A DNA stretch of 64,000 nt from Tubulanus polymorphus (taxonomy: Eukaryota; Animalia; Nemertea). Shown here one piece after another: positions 49,301 to 63,400 of this stretch. The notes under the pieces were generated by a model. The model saw only the letters and a program-made list of their open reading frames with translations. It was not told where the DNA came from and made no database searches. Location: the NCBI RefSeq assembly GCF_964204645.1, contig NC_134030.1, positions 5,870,778 to 5,934,777 of the forward strand, in the 5' to 3' direction. The position numbers and the translations under genes are program-made. Positions within the stretch are counted from its first letter, which is position 1; every line of letters begins with the position of its first letter.

Positions 49301-52118
49301 TCGCAAAGTCGCAGTGTTTTGGGGCATCTGCAAACGAACGAAGCGTACACTGAATATACAGTTCAATGTGAAAACAGTGCAATCAATTTCAGAAAAGACG
49401 TACGTACTTTTCTTCCGCTTGCAGATGTAAGAGAAACCATTGTCACAATTGTTATCGTTCAGTTTCCCGTTTTGATCGATTTCTCCGCAATACTCGTTGT
49501 TGTTGTGATTATTGGGTTCATTCACTTGCCACATCCTGCGAAGGCATCATCAATTCAAACAATTAATCAACGATTACAATGCTCAGTTGATAGAACACGT
49601 TTTCAACCTTGGCCTTCAAGTTTTAACTTTTGGAAGGCATTAATCGATTATCATCCGAAGCATATATGCTCTGGAGATAAAAGAAAATAAGATAAGGTCT
49701 GATCATTCAGTATTCATATTATGTTATATGTAGCCATTTAGGGGATTTACCCATTTGGGTCTTTGCCGTTCTGTCCTATAATGCTCATATCAGTGGAGCC
49801 GGTTGACCAGACGAATGTTTGGCTTTTACTAGGATCATGCAGTCCCGTCCACCATCCTGCCACGTTATATTTTGTGTAATAGTTTTGTATCTGCTGCGGC
49901 AACCAATTCTAAAAAATAAGGTGTGCAAGTGATTTGGAAAACGACATTATTTCAAAGTTTATAACCCATCAAACAGCATTGTCGCACTGAACTGAAATAA
50001 TATATACTTATACAACTGACGCGTGAAAATGTTTATAGATGGCGATTGATTGAATAACAGACCTTTTCAGTTGGATCTGTTATATACAAGAGATCAGCGT
50101 CTTGTTTCATACATCGTTGGCGAGCAGATTCCCAAGTGGCTACCTTCCTCCTAAACAAGTAGCAGTTGTCGCTGTTATCCAACCAACCTCGAGGGCAATC
50201 GGACGCACCCGTTATTCCTAAATATAAGAAAATATGTACATTAACTCCTATTTGTGATTTCGAATATTAGATTGAATGTAAGAATGGTCATTGTCCTTCT
50301 AACGACCATAGTTTAAATGACATGATAACGGAATTAAATGTTGCATTCCGTTTCCGCGAAATTCTTTTTAAGTTTAACAGTTGCGAATAGTGTGGCCTCA
50401 TAAGATAATGTTAAGTATATCCGTTCGTCCTCAGTGGATTTTCCGTTCGTACTGTGTATGTACATGGTGATTTTATCAACGTCGTATCAGTCAAGTAGAA
50501 AGGGGCCTGGACGTGTTGAAGCTTCGGTTCATATATGCAAGCTATACGGATTTTTTGCGTAGATAAGTATCGTTACAGTACTGAATGATATGTTACTTTT
50601 TTCTTCTGCCTCAATTCACCAAGCAGGCCAGAATACCTCTATGTTCATGAAGTGAAGGACTAGTGTACAACAAGCGTGTTGGCCTCGCCCGTGACTATGG
50701 AACTGGATTAAAATAGTTTGCTTCAAAGGTTGAGAGCTAGCGAGCTTGGGCTCCAGTGCCTATCCCTCCTAGAGCGCGAGGCTCGTCGCTCATCTGTCGA
50801 TTCTCGCGAGCGACTAGTGGCACGATTTCAATTACGCACACGTCGTCGTCACTCATAAACGAAACCGGGACGCGATGAACAGAAATTTAAAAAAAACACC
50901 ACTGGAATGAACTAGAGAAAGATTACCGGAAATTATCTAAGCCTGTAAGAATTCCTATGCGTCATATATATGTCGCTTATAAACAGACAGAAAATATAAA
51001 CAGGTCACACTGATCATTTTACTGAACACACATCATCTTTCCTAGATCCGGTATAACATATTACTGGAAAGCCAAAATAAATGACTATTCGCGCTTTTCA
51101 CAAAGAAGTAAATGGTCGTAGAGCGTCGTATAGGTCACTGTCAAATTACAAACACTTCCAGGAATTGATGAAGCCTTTCTTATTAATTACTTTTAAATCA
51201 GCGTCTTACGTCCGTTGTAACGCCATCCTATTAATGTCGCTGCTCTCAATTTATACCAAAATGAATTCATTTTACAAAAAAAAAACAAGAAAATTAACAA
51301 AATAAACAAACGACACAAAGCGTCATGTAGACATTACCATTATCATAATTACCACTGCTCTCAATAACGCCAGCATTTTTTTTTTCAAAAAAAAAATTTT
51401 GCCCAATCTAACTCAAATTCGATGAAAATATCATTCTTTGTAATGCAAAAATTCTTCATAACGCTTTATATTTTTCATCATCAGTGAAATTTATAAACGA
51501 CTTGTTTTTCTGTAGTTACGTATGTCGTTTTTACAAATTGTATAGTTGCCTGATTTCGAAATTGTTACGTAAAAACGATCTATTCTAATTTGACGACCAG
51601 AGAATTAATGTACGGATACAGTATTACTCTGTGGTGCCTATTTTCATTTTTATTTGTGCTAGTTCATTTTTCACATCGGTGTTTCATTAACCTTCTACAT
51701 ATATCTATATATCTATATAGTCTGATCTGTTCCCGATATTGCGTAGAATTAGGCGACTTGGTTTTGCGGTGCTGTCGCTGTAGTGTAGCTGTCCCGCGCC
51801 AGAAATAAAATATTTCAACACCACAATAATGTATATGAAAAAGAATTCGAAACATACGTATCTATCTGTATAAGCTATGACAGTGACATTTTCGTAGTGA
51901 ATTGAAGCATCACAAAATAACAAATGGCTATTCTAATTTGAGCCGTGTCCAATTTTAACGAGACCCGCTGCCAATGATAATAATCCATTAAGTCGGCCTG
52001 TATTTTATGCATCTAATTATAATCCAATTCAGGTAATTTTAATGCAATAATTTGTTGACACACACTTACCAATCACGGAGCATATTGTTATCGCGTACAA
52101 AAATAACAAAAACATCAT
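37379..52118 (-). CDS. Macrophage mannose receptor-like type I membrane protein with 12 tandem C-type lectin domains (no ricin/FNII domain seen)
   Basis: Signal exon 52118-52070 (MMFLLFLYAITICSVIG), then ~40 small exons from 50217 down. These give 12 units of C..GW...CY / W..A...C...L..I / WIGL / W..W / C...W....C....FIC with P/T-rich linkers. Thr/Pro stalk exon ~37844-37728. Last exon 37636-37379 has a TM (MIVGICVGMIMLVAVIVGIVIFL-RRR) and FNNALY, like the MRC1 FENTLY endocytosis motif. Confidence 0.92.
42376..42503 (-). CDS. Lectin CTLD8 alternative exon B (128 nt, phase 0-2)
   Basis: actaac branch point, cccctacag|...|gtaagt; encodes AFRRRNTIYTYDEARLICKNKYGGDLASFHKKIPSRSTLGLR(W). Confidence 0.82.
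42914..43047 (-). CDS. Lectin CTLD8 alternative exon A (134 nt, phase 0-2)
   Basis: tttccaaag|...|gtgagt; encodes AFTTDLQNWDDAENFCFSNYGGHLISLHGNAQFTTFFRDLVPNS(S). Confidence 0.82.
47088..47201 (-). CDS. Lectin CTLD3 alternative exon B (114 nt, phase 1-1)
   Basis: ttgtttag|...|gtatgt; encodes TNVNGKAQWVDGSPLAATFWLDGQPAYVSNDLCGQMDI. Confidence 0.82.
47568..47681 (-). CDS. Lectin CTLD3 alternative exon A (114 nt, phase 1-1)
   Basis: caccag|...|gtaaat; encodes KDEPDSELTWVQGTNITYTNWLMSINKNTIGCGQMSIQ. Confidence 0.8.
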
Positions 52119-55100
52119 CGCTGCAAAATAATACTTCACACGACGACCTAACTTTCAGTCAAACCGAAAGACTCCGTCGTTGCTGAAACATGTATCCCGT
52201 TGTCGGAAACCTCCGGAAATTAGTGGTCTTTTCGATAATCAAAACTGCTAAAAACAGTGGGCGTTTTGAGTTGATACTGTCTGACACCCGATAAGTTAAT
52301 AATATCGAAATCAGAAATTGACCCTATTCTGCAATATAACGATAAGGAAGTACAATCACTTATGCTATATATGTCTACATCTTGAAGCGTAATCGGGAGT
52401 GTAGAGCGACACAGAGGCCTAATCATACCAGTTCATTGCGTTATTTACTTTGATCAATACAATTTTGAGGCGATTTTTCGTTTCGTCGTCTGTGCGCAAA
52501 TTCATAACGTAGGCCTACTACTATAAGAACTAGTACACGTAATACTAGATACTAGAAATGCGGCAATGCTTGTTGGTTTGTTTATCTTGCTTTATGTCGT
52601 TCTGATCCCGATTTCCAAAGACAAACCCTCGGATGCTTCCCACACATGTCAGCAGGATCCGAACCAGCTTCAGCTTGTCACTTGGTGTTGAATACAACAG
52701 CATTACGCCTTATCCCACCTACGAGAAATCATCTGAGCTTCTGCGGCCAACGAATACATTCGCTCACTAGACTTATCGCTTATGCAGTAAAAGTGTAAAC
52801 GCTTTTATTGCGAGAATCAAGGGACGTTTTACAAGTCAAGGATGGATAATAAATGCGTGAGATATTTATGTTATATTGTTTCACTTTTTACCGATTGACT
52901 CATGGGGAATTATGTGATGCCGTTCAGGCTGAATGAAGTGAAATGGGTTATGCAAGGGTTATGTGTAGATAGGACTTGTAAGGCGCTGCGAAATAGATTA
53001 TATTTATTGCCTTTTCCGATAGATGGCGAAATGATATATGCTACATTTAAAACGCATGGTGTATGAATACGATTGAAATCGTTAGTTCATTTATATTCCA
53101 ATAGACGGCCAAAGTGTGTTTTATACGAACCGTCGCAACATTTTAGAACGAAGTTTAAAATATTTTGTTCACAGGAATACATACAAACACCGAATCTTTA
53201 TTACAAAACATTCAACATAAATAAATTCACATAAATAATCGAGCGTACAGCCCACGATACAAAATTACAAGATAATTTCTATACGAGGATCTGTTATAAC
53301 TGGTGATTCGTTCTTCCAGCGTGTAATAACATTTGCTTCACCCTGAAGGGTTCAATAATTGTGCAAATCGAATGAGTTAGTTTTCGTCACGAATCCCCCT
53401 CGAAGTCTGCATCTGGGCTACGGCGTATGAATTGCCGTCGATAATACCCTCAAAGTGTTTCTAATTTACCCATTACTTTATTTGGCTAAGTTAATTTAGT
53501 GCGGTGTCTAAGAGACTCGGGGGAACTGCGACCGTGATATGTGCATTAACTTCACCATTTACCGAGGAAGCCGTTGACAAGTATAATGCTCCGTTTACGA
53601 GCCATAATTGGCGTAAATTATACGTCCATTTTTTTCTGCTGGTAACCGTTGGCCCCCGTCTCTCTAGCGACTTCCACGTGCTCTGGAGTGATATATACAT
53701 ATATCAGACGCAGCTTCGAAATAGATCTTAGAAAACGATAGGTCGGAATTGTATAAAGGACCTTAACCTTGATTAAATTGGAATTGGGACGCGTGACTAG
53801 ACTTGGACTTGATAGAATACATAATCAGACGATCCCGTCGTAACGCAACAACAAAAACAACAGAAAAAAACAAGGTTGAACGTCTGTGGAGCAATTATCG
53901 TTCGAGGTTATTGCTTTCCGGTCGTCTAATCATTTGATTCGTTCAACATAAGTAAGTGAATGATTGCAATTTGCGAATATTCGGACCTCACCCACTCCAC
54001 CAGCGTTGACGTGTAACCTATGGTTAAACTGGATGCTACGAGCGGTTCGAGAAGATTATTAGTGTGAAATTATCTGTATCATAGCGCGGACTGACTGTTT
54101 CGTGAATGGTGCTCGAGATATATTTTTGCAAATTAAAGAACCACCACATGCCTCTGTGAGACATCACTGGAATTTAATTCCGGTTTCAAAATACTTATAT
54201 AACCAGAACCAAAGCATGGGGGCCAAAATTCACCAAAACACAAAAACCTGCTCGTTATTGCCACTTGCCAAATTCGCCACGGAACTTTACGAAAACGCTC
54301 GAGGATTCGCTAATAAAGGATTATTATCTACTTATACGTCATTAGAAAATTCACTTTATTAAAAAGAATCTCATCAATAATAGCAAAATTCATGAATCCA
54401 CTACGTTCATTGCTTCAGGCATCTTCAACTTTTTTTCTCGCTATTCGAGCATATCGTTTTCTGTAATCTTCTCTATTATCCGCTGGGCGCTTGATAACAA
54501 GAAATTCTATTAATTCCAGCCGTGGTGTTACCATCTATTTTTTTTTTGTTTTGTATACTTACGACTGAGATTGAATTCTTCGGCGGCAGAAAATGAATTT
54601 TTTTTCGTATCGGCTTTCGTGCGACTTTTGATTGAAAAACGCCGTCGGCCCGACTGCCCCATCAATTCAATTACACCAGCCCGTGACTAGGTTTTTCACG
54701 GAAGTAAATTCCCGGATAATGAAAAGCTAATTAAATAAATTGCCGCAATTAATCGCCGTCTAATTACATTCACCGGCGAAAATATTGCCGAAGAAAGATC
54801 TGGTTTTGATGACGAGCGTAGCTGCAGCACTGGTGCGCTTGCATTACGGTTTTATCAGATGTCTTAGCGCGGATTGCATGTGGCGGTGACTTTGGATGTT
54901 TGCACCCCTCAAATCAGCGCAATTATTCAATATTTCACACCTTTTGAAGATGGCGTTTGAATCACCGTGTTTTGCTGTGAGGTACGGTACTCGCACAACC
55001 GACGACGTGACGGAGTACGGCGGAAAATTACAAAAATAACAGCACCATAATTGTCACAATTATCTTTAATTTATACCGCATCGCATACACGTATCCGCCT

Positions 55101-57427
55101 AGGCATTTTCGCTCTCTGATGTTTAGAAGTAATTATTCCCAAATAGCGTGGAATCACCTCAATTTACCGTCGCCCGAGTGAAAACTAGTTCGGCGCAAAT
55201 TGCGTTACCTGCAAGCTTAAATCATTTACTTTGACTAGCAAGAAGCACGCGAACGTGTGAAAATGAAAGCTAAACGCAGTGGTAATTCCTCCGCGATGCC
55301 TCAATTATTAGTTCTTATGCGAAAAGATCTGTTTATAGGCGACAAGAAAGCGACGCGACACAGTACGAAAATTGCCGAAGATTAAAGGAGACACGCTTTT
55401 GTGATTTGTCGGCAATGTGATGGAATTAGTATCGCTGAGTTGGCGGTAGCCCTCTGACGACTATCACTGCGAAAGGATAGGAACTCCCCTTTCCTCTGAA
55501 TGGTTTGTATAAATTGCCGCGGTCTTGATGTATATCTACTTGTTTGCAGGGTCCAAAGCTGTCTCAATTCATAACAAAACGTTCATTCCGCGTTTACGAG
55601 AATCCCGGAACAGGTCCTTTTCGATAATTTGTAGATATTTCAGTTCACTTTCGTTTTTGCTAACAGCAAACCTTCGTCTGGGCATAGTGATATTCGTACA
55701 CAGGTGAGTTCCTGGTGAAGAAGTGAGGAACCGAGCTTGCAGTGGTCGCCCGCGGTCACGCCGTCTCTTCTTTTTCCTAAATTTCCAGCCAACCTGCCGT
55801 CTCTCAAAGGAAGACAAGGATAATGAGAAAAATCACCGTAATAACGCCGAGAACGAGATACCAGGCTCGCGTCCGTCGACAAGCCATTTTAAGTTATTGA
55901 AATCCGGTAGCGCGGATTATTACAGCAAATTGTCGCAAATTACGCCTATTTTACGAAGGAGCACTCGCGGCGAAAACCCGCCGACGTCGCCTATCGTTTA
56001 TACCACCTTCAAAGATGTAATCTTCGGTAATGGCGCTGAAATTTGTCGAAAATTACCAAATTGCCAGTTTATACAAGGAAAATTAGGGGTGTTCCTGGTT
56101 CGACAGTAAACTGTCATATACATTAGCAGCATAAGATGCAGGGTTGTTATGTGTCATTTGTACTTCCGAGATGGGATGAAAGAAGCCGCCAGGTCTCTAC
56201 GCGCCTCACGAGCATGCCTTTACCTGACAATTACACGTTTTTTACAGGATTTTCTTCTCTGTTGTCGTTTACGCGCTGGTTTAGTTTATACAATGTCGTT
56301 GCATTTACCCTACGTACTAACATAAAGGTAAACGTTAGGGGACATTTCCGAAAACAAAACAGTTCTATGCTAGCTTTTGATGATTGATATTTTGGATGCA
56401 AGTGGTACCTTTAAATGGCTACATATTTCTATTAATCCGATCATTTGAATATGATATCTATCGCACGCAATCCGCCTACTCTCCGCGTTAATTCATGTCA
56501 ACTGACGATAAATGATTTATGCTTCTTGAATAAATATGCTATATCGGGGCTAAATAAGACTTGATTTACTTCACAACACACGTAAGAAGCGATCCCTTTG
56601 TAGATAAAGGACTGGATGGAATCTCATCAATTCGGCTTCGGTTTGAAAAGGACCGTTGAAATTCGTCTGCGACGCCGTATCGCTGATTTTCAAGTTACAC
56701 GTCGCATAATTGCAATAACTAATACTCATAACTCCACATACTTTTCCAATCAAGAGTCCAATCATTGAACATATTGGAATGTCATCGGGCGGCATCGATC
56801 GCACGACATAAACGCTTTCGGTTTATTCCATTCGTTTGGCGAAGATAGTTTACACTTGATGTTCAGATATCGAACTGCGTTCGGGCGTCAATTAGCCGTC
56901 GAATCTGTAGATCACGAACTTCTAATTAAGGACTCAGATGCTCTAATTTATCTAGTTATGTAGTTACACGTCGCCAGATTGCTGATTTATTCCTCCACAA
57001 TTGGACCACGGTAGAATGAATTGTACGTTCATTATTTGGATATTCACAGATCGCGACCTGTCCGGAAAGTTGTGATATTCGAATTATCATGCAATGATCA
57101 TACAAAATCAAGCACCCCAGCACTAGTACATACAATATCAATTCTTATCCATATTGTATAGACAGAGATAATATAGAGTTATTAACTTGAGATATAACGG
57201 TGAAACAACTGGTCTGAAGGTGTCGCCCTCTACAATTTTACAGCATCAATGTTTCAGAACGCTTTGAGAAATTTCATTTCAAAAATATATTGAGGACATT
57301 TCAGATGCTGTTCAGTTTCGGACAGGATTAGATAACGAACACAATACGCAAAAGTAGCTTTTGTTTTGTCGGTTGTTTGTCAGATTTCTACACAGAAAAT
57401 TTAATTCACAATATTACATTCCGTTTC

Positions 57428-57465
57428 CAAGGGCGGATCCAGGGTAGGGCGCAGGGGGTGCGCAT
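57428..57465 (+). mobile_element. Solo terminus of a CAGGGGCGGATCCAG-type hAT-like MITE
   Basis: caagggcggatccagggtagggcgcagggggtgcgca resembles the 24114 left end; no partner TIR found. Confidence 0.45.
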
Positions 57466-60400
57466 CGCGCATGTTATGTTACCGAGATATTTGAAATTAC
57501 ATTAAATTTATACCTAAAAAAGTTTAAAATCAGACACTTTTCTCGGTATTTCTAAAAGAGTTTATTCCTTCTAATTAGCTTTCGGGTGTTATGCCCTGTT
57601 TTAGGGGTAAATCTCTACCTGAATCAAACCCTAGATCCACATCTGGATTTCCATTTTCATCATTTATAAGTAACAAGATGAAAATCTGAGTTTCTGTCTT
57701 AGACTGACTCATGTGCGACTGTTCGGCTTTAAACTTGTTGACCAGCGAGAAGTTGGATCCCTCAATGAATCCAAAAAGTCGAAATATCAAATGTTCTGTT
57801 TAGATGTGAAATAATTCAGCAATTCGCCTATCGAAATAATCAAAATAATGATAGGCGATACGTTTCAGAACATATTCACATCTGACAGAACTTTTCTTCG
57901 TCTTTTTGTCTGGATTTATTGCGGGATTTTCTACTTATTCGTCGTATAGGAAAATATTGTGTGTATGATCGCGACCTTTCTTGGACCTGTGGTGATTGCC
58001 GTTCTGTGTTTATTGCGTTGTTTTGCTGTGATTATGCGGCTGTGTATATCAGGGTGTTAATTCACCACGTATTCGTCGCACAAATCATATTACTCCGCAC
58101 AGCCGCTACTGATGACAACATCTAACGAATCGCCGATCGCCGAGTGCTCTTTCATATTCGCCAATTTCAAAGATTCGCCGGGGATCACTTCCTATTTGCC
58201 TTACTAATCCAATCAATCGACAAAAAATTGGCTTAAATTGCTGTTTTTCGTAAGAAGATAAATTTCATTCCATTATTGTCGGGCGAAGATTTATCCGCGA
58301 GCTCGCGCGCTCGGGTAATTGCACGGATACTTACTTATTCGGTTCACGCCGCGTGGCGGGTACCTTTTGTGAATACTGCCGACGAGTTATGATTTCTGCA
58401 AATTTCATAAACTTCTACTTTGCCGGCAAATTGATCCGCGGGAGTCGCATGCTTTGTGAGATTTGATGATAAAGCGAAGTGCGCGAGATTATTTAGTCAG
58501 CGCCTCGTACCCGGCGTTAATAAGAAAATTAAATAAAATTATCCGTAATTTGTTTCTGGAAGCAATTTGCGTGTTGAACCACGAATAAGACTGTAATTTG
58601 ACGGTGTGAGCAGTTTTGATTATGTCTCCCAGTACGGTGACAATTATGATACACGCATCCTTCTTTTGTGCAAATTAGCAATAGACAAAAGTTTCCAACC
58701 GAACACCGGTTCCGAGACCGTTAGCAGTTTCGTGCATGAAATCCGCATTCAATCTCGTCTGCGCGGCTGCAGTCAAACTATCAAATAATGTTGTCCAGTT
58801 TGCGACAAATGCGATGCGTATCTTGCACGACAACCACTGATTAGGTTAAACGACTCGACGTAAGAATTACTAATCAATCGTTGATAACTTTAATTCGTAA
58901 TTTAGCACGACGCCTAGTTGCGTGCGAAAGTTTTGATACTTGATTATTTTGGGATTCGAACCCAACATTTCATTTGCCGGACGAAGCACCAGGCAGTGGA
59001 ATTCTTTACCCAAAGCCTATTTTGTAGACGATACGATTTGAATAATACGAGAGGAATCTTACAATAATTCCGCCAAAGAGTAAAGTTTTTGAGTAAAAGG
59101 TTTACATATTTGAGCGATGGTTTCAAGCCGAAACGTTGCTAAAAATATACTATTTTACTATAGAACTTTTACATCTTTGCCTGAATTATTGTGGGATTTC
59201 TCTCGAATTCATCTTACACGTATATCATGCATCTCTTCAACTTACGATTTGAATAAACATTTATGGCGTTCTTAATCATCAGATCATACAACTTATGACT
59301 AACAACTCCTGCTCGAAAACAGTATCTCGCAATTGCAAAGAATGTTTTACAGAGAATCGCTCAGTTTTTTACCAAAAGAATTACTCGTTTCGTAAGCGTT
59401 CGCAAAAATATCCATAAAAACTTAAGATGTATACATGAAATGTCTAGACGACGGAATTGTAGATCAATTATGCGTTAAATTGGTCTTATACAATTTTCAC
59501 AGATTGAATCACAATGGACAGCGAAGCACGCGCGCTAACTCATAGGTGAGAGTAACATAGAAATGTGCGAAAATATAATGGCTTCCGCATCTATAGATTG
59601 AGATTTAGAATGAGTCCAGTTAATGATGATCGCAATTAATTATCGGTTGTCAGGTTTCACGATATTTCTAGCATCTCTAAAATATGACGTCTTTTCCACG
59701 AAAGTGTGATTAGATGATGGATACGTTATTATCATTTGCATCATTATCACCATATTTATTTCCCCATAAAGTCAACATCGTGAAGTAAACCCGAGAACAA
59801 CAAACGCTGAAATATGAATATTCGAGCGAATGAAACTATTCTTTCAACTCTCGTGGATGGTAACCTCTATTGTTTCCTCTGTTTGACAAAAACCATATAC
59901 ATAATAAGTCCAACTTAATTGAGAATCATTTCCTCCCAGAAATTTAAAGATGTATGGTTTATCTGATCATTTCATATGTCGTTCATTATCATACGCTCAA
60001 ATATCATTCAATACGATTAAATCTATGATGTACTTTTTGTGATATTGTGAAATAACCACATTCAAACGTGAAAAAAACCCACTATTTAAGGAGTTTTTAA
60101 ATCAATTCATTCAATCAAGAATTTAAATAACACGACGTTTCTAACTCTCACTAGAGATAGATCATCAAGGCAACTTTAATTTTTTATGGAACAGTTTTTT
60201 GATTTTGAAAACTTTAAAATCCATGGGTTTCTATCTTATCATTTTAAATGTTATAGTTTTAGAATGTAAGCTTTTATAACCGCCACGCTATATAACAAAA
60301 TATATTATCATTATTACTTATAATTACTGTACATTATCTTCATCATTCTATATCATGACGTATTAAAAATACATAAGTTGCCGTTGCCCGTGGGTTCGGA

Positions 60401-63400
60401 AGTGTTGAACATCCGCTGCCAGAAGTGCGGGCCTCGGTGGTCACTCTCGACCGATGTGCCTAATTGGCTGTAACTAAGTGAAATTTCATCGACGCAAATT
60501 ATGAATAATTAACGCTTTTTCGCAGTTAATTAGGCTTTCAAAAGGTAGAAAGTAGTTCCGATTGTTTTCGTAATCATAATATCAATCCAGACGTCTGAAG
60601 TGTAAGCGGCCAATATCAATCAATCTACAAGAATATTGATTTACAATCACGTTAAAAATGGTTCCTTTTGTTTCTAATTATGATAATGAATCGTAATGAC
60701 GAAATTTGTAGTAATAATTAAGACAGATCTTAGCTTATAGGGTAATTACAGAAGATATGTAGATTCGATAGATCAACAGTTACTGATGTGAGAATGACTT
60801 AGTATTATTTATCAAAATTTACGAAAGCGACTGATAGAAATATGGATCATTGTTGCAATGTTGGTGCACGTGCATCTGTCGATTCAACAGCTTTCAGAAT
60901 TTCCCGAGTTTGAATTAGTCAATGTAACGACCACATATACGCATGTAATCAGGGTAATTAAAGTCATTAACTTCCATTTTATAGAGAATGTGTTCGAAGA
61001 AAACGTCTTTATGATTCGTGTGTGCGTTTAGCTTGTACTTGTCGCTGTGAAGCATTGAAGGAAAGATGGGAATGAGACATATACTTGTCACTAATGTGTT
61101 TGTGAGTGACGAACCAACAACGCTTTAACAATGATACAAACGAATTGCCCGTGTGCAGTCTGCTGTGTGGACATTTTACACAAAACCTTCGAGTGGTTTT
61201 TATAACCGCGGGAGCCGCGCCCTGTCCTGTCTCTCACGCGTGAAATGAATAGCAATCTAATGTATCTTAACATGGTCAACGTCGTTTAAGTGTGATGATA
61301 GAAACAGTGCCACACGGCAGTGCTACCTCCGATTTCAAAATATAACCCTCCGTTTCGCTGTCGGCCAGAGTGGTGGCCAAATAAGTTCAAATTACACCAA
61401 TCAAATATATCAATGAATACCGAAGGTAAAAATTGATTCCAGACACAAATTGAGCGCACAATTTTAGGTATATTTTAGAAAACGCGATTATAGCATATAC
61501 AGTTCAATTAATTAACGATATGCGGCAGCGGGAGGCAGAGGGGATCAGTCTGTAACATCCACAGGTGATGCGACGCGCTAAACAAAGCTATAGACATAAA
61601 TCAAAATTCTAAATATATCATAAGTTGGGATTTGCGTGTAACGGAAGATTAAAACACAAACGCCGCTTCTATCTCCTCATCACAAAGCGTCCAACTAGCG
61701 AACAAGCGAACTGAGTCATTGTGTGTAAACCACGAGGGGCTGTCGATCGTACGCGTACCCGCGATTATCAACCGCCTGTAACTCGTAATTAAAAGAGCAA
61801 GTGGGATGTAACTGATTTCCGCCGCGACTCTGGATTAGATCCCGGCGAGGATATTTTATTCGCAATTATAACATAATACGATATACCATTGTGATTAATT
61901 AGACGACAACACGCAACTGGTTCCGCGCACACCTCGACCACACGATCAATGTTCTCCGATTTTAATTCGTCCACCGGATTAGAAGCCGTGGTTGTTTTCG
62001 AGTCCACGATTCAACGCACCCGCCTTGTCGTTCATCTTCAATTGCCAACGCCTGCATTTTATATCCACAGTTTTCCCGAATAAGATTTTAACTTTTTATT
62101 CTTAAAACAAGGAATTTTTCCTCCTGTCTATTTGACTAATTTGACTAATTTTGACCTGATTCGCTAACAAATCCGCAACATCTACCGGGAACGAAACAAA
62201 TGTTTTATTTACAACATCTACCCACAGCCCTTTAGATGCGCACATCCATATAGACCTATAATGTATGTGCGTTTAGTGTCAATGAATGAATCATAATTCA
62301 ATATTCATCTTAGGCGCGTAGATAATGATAGACGAATAGATTTAGCTTTTATCACTAAAGAAATAATTTGAAAAACCTTAATTAACACCTTCATTTATAA
62401 ATGACAAATGAATGCCTCGATAAGAGGGTAAGAACTGTCATATCATTTATGAAACTGTTGGTTGTAATTCAGGTTGCTAATATTAAAAACAGCAGGGGTA
62501 AATAACGTACTGCGCAGACGGTACCGCCGTAAGAAGATAATAAAGTCATTCGTAAATTAACTGCGAATTAATAATGTCGACTTATGTAATCACGACGTAG
62601 TCCACGACAATTGTTAATTCATTTGCGAAACAGTTGCACAAGTGCTATAGACACCGATGTGTAATTTTCACCAAACCAACGCCCCGATGGGATACTAATA
62701 CAAAATATGCCAATTAATTTGTCGTTAGCCTTTGCATCCCATGAGACAATACGCGTAAAATCATTTTTGATTGAAAATACAAAATTGATTAAACTTCATT
62801 TCATGATGGTAATTGCATTGTTGTTGTTTTTTTTGTAATTCTATTTATGCATTTGACATTTCACATATTTCCGATCCAGATTTTTTGGGTGTTTGAAAGA
62901 AAGTTATACAACTTCCGATGAGTGAAAGTTCATAAGAAAAATTAATAGCCGATTATTGATAACAGGATATTTTCAATCAGAAAAAAAAATGAAAAGGTAA
63001 AGAAGTAAATTTTTTCGAAACCGATTTCTTCGTGTTCCGCTTTAGATGGAAAACCTGCTCGAACGTGAATTACCACAGCATTTTGTCGAGTGGCAGAAGG
63101 CTTCCGCGAACACGTTTTTCACAAAGGGCTATCGTAGATCATTAAAAGACGCGCGTAAAACGTCCAGGGACAAGTATCCGCAATTTAATTAGCGATTTCG
63201 TTTCTTGAGGGAATTAGTTACTGAAAGAGCAGACGCGAAGCGTAAATGGCACTGAAGGGCTAACGAATGATTTTCATGTAATTACACACCGATCAATTTA
63301 TTTCTTGATAAAACATTAGCTTTGGAGATTTGATAAGGTCTTAATCGCGTTTAACGCGTCTTTTAGCGCCTCGAAATAAACCTACCGCACTTAATCTAGT

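Noticed and set aside
53795-53816. miR-279-like seed tgactaga
   Set aside because: No complementary arm to form a precursor hairpin.
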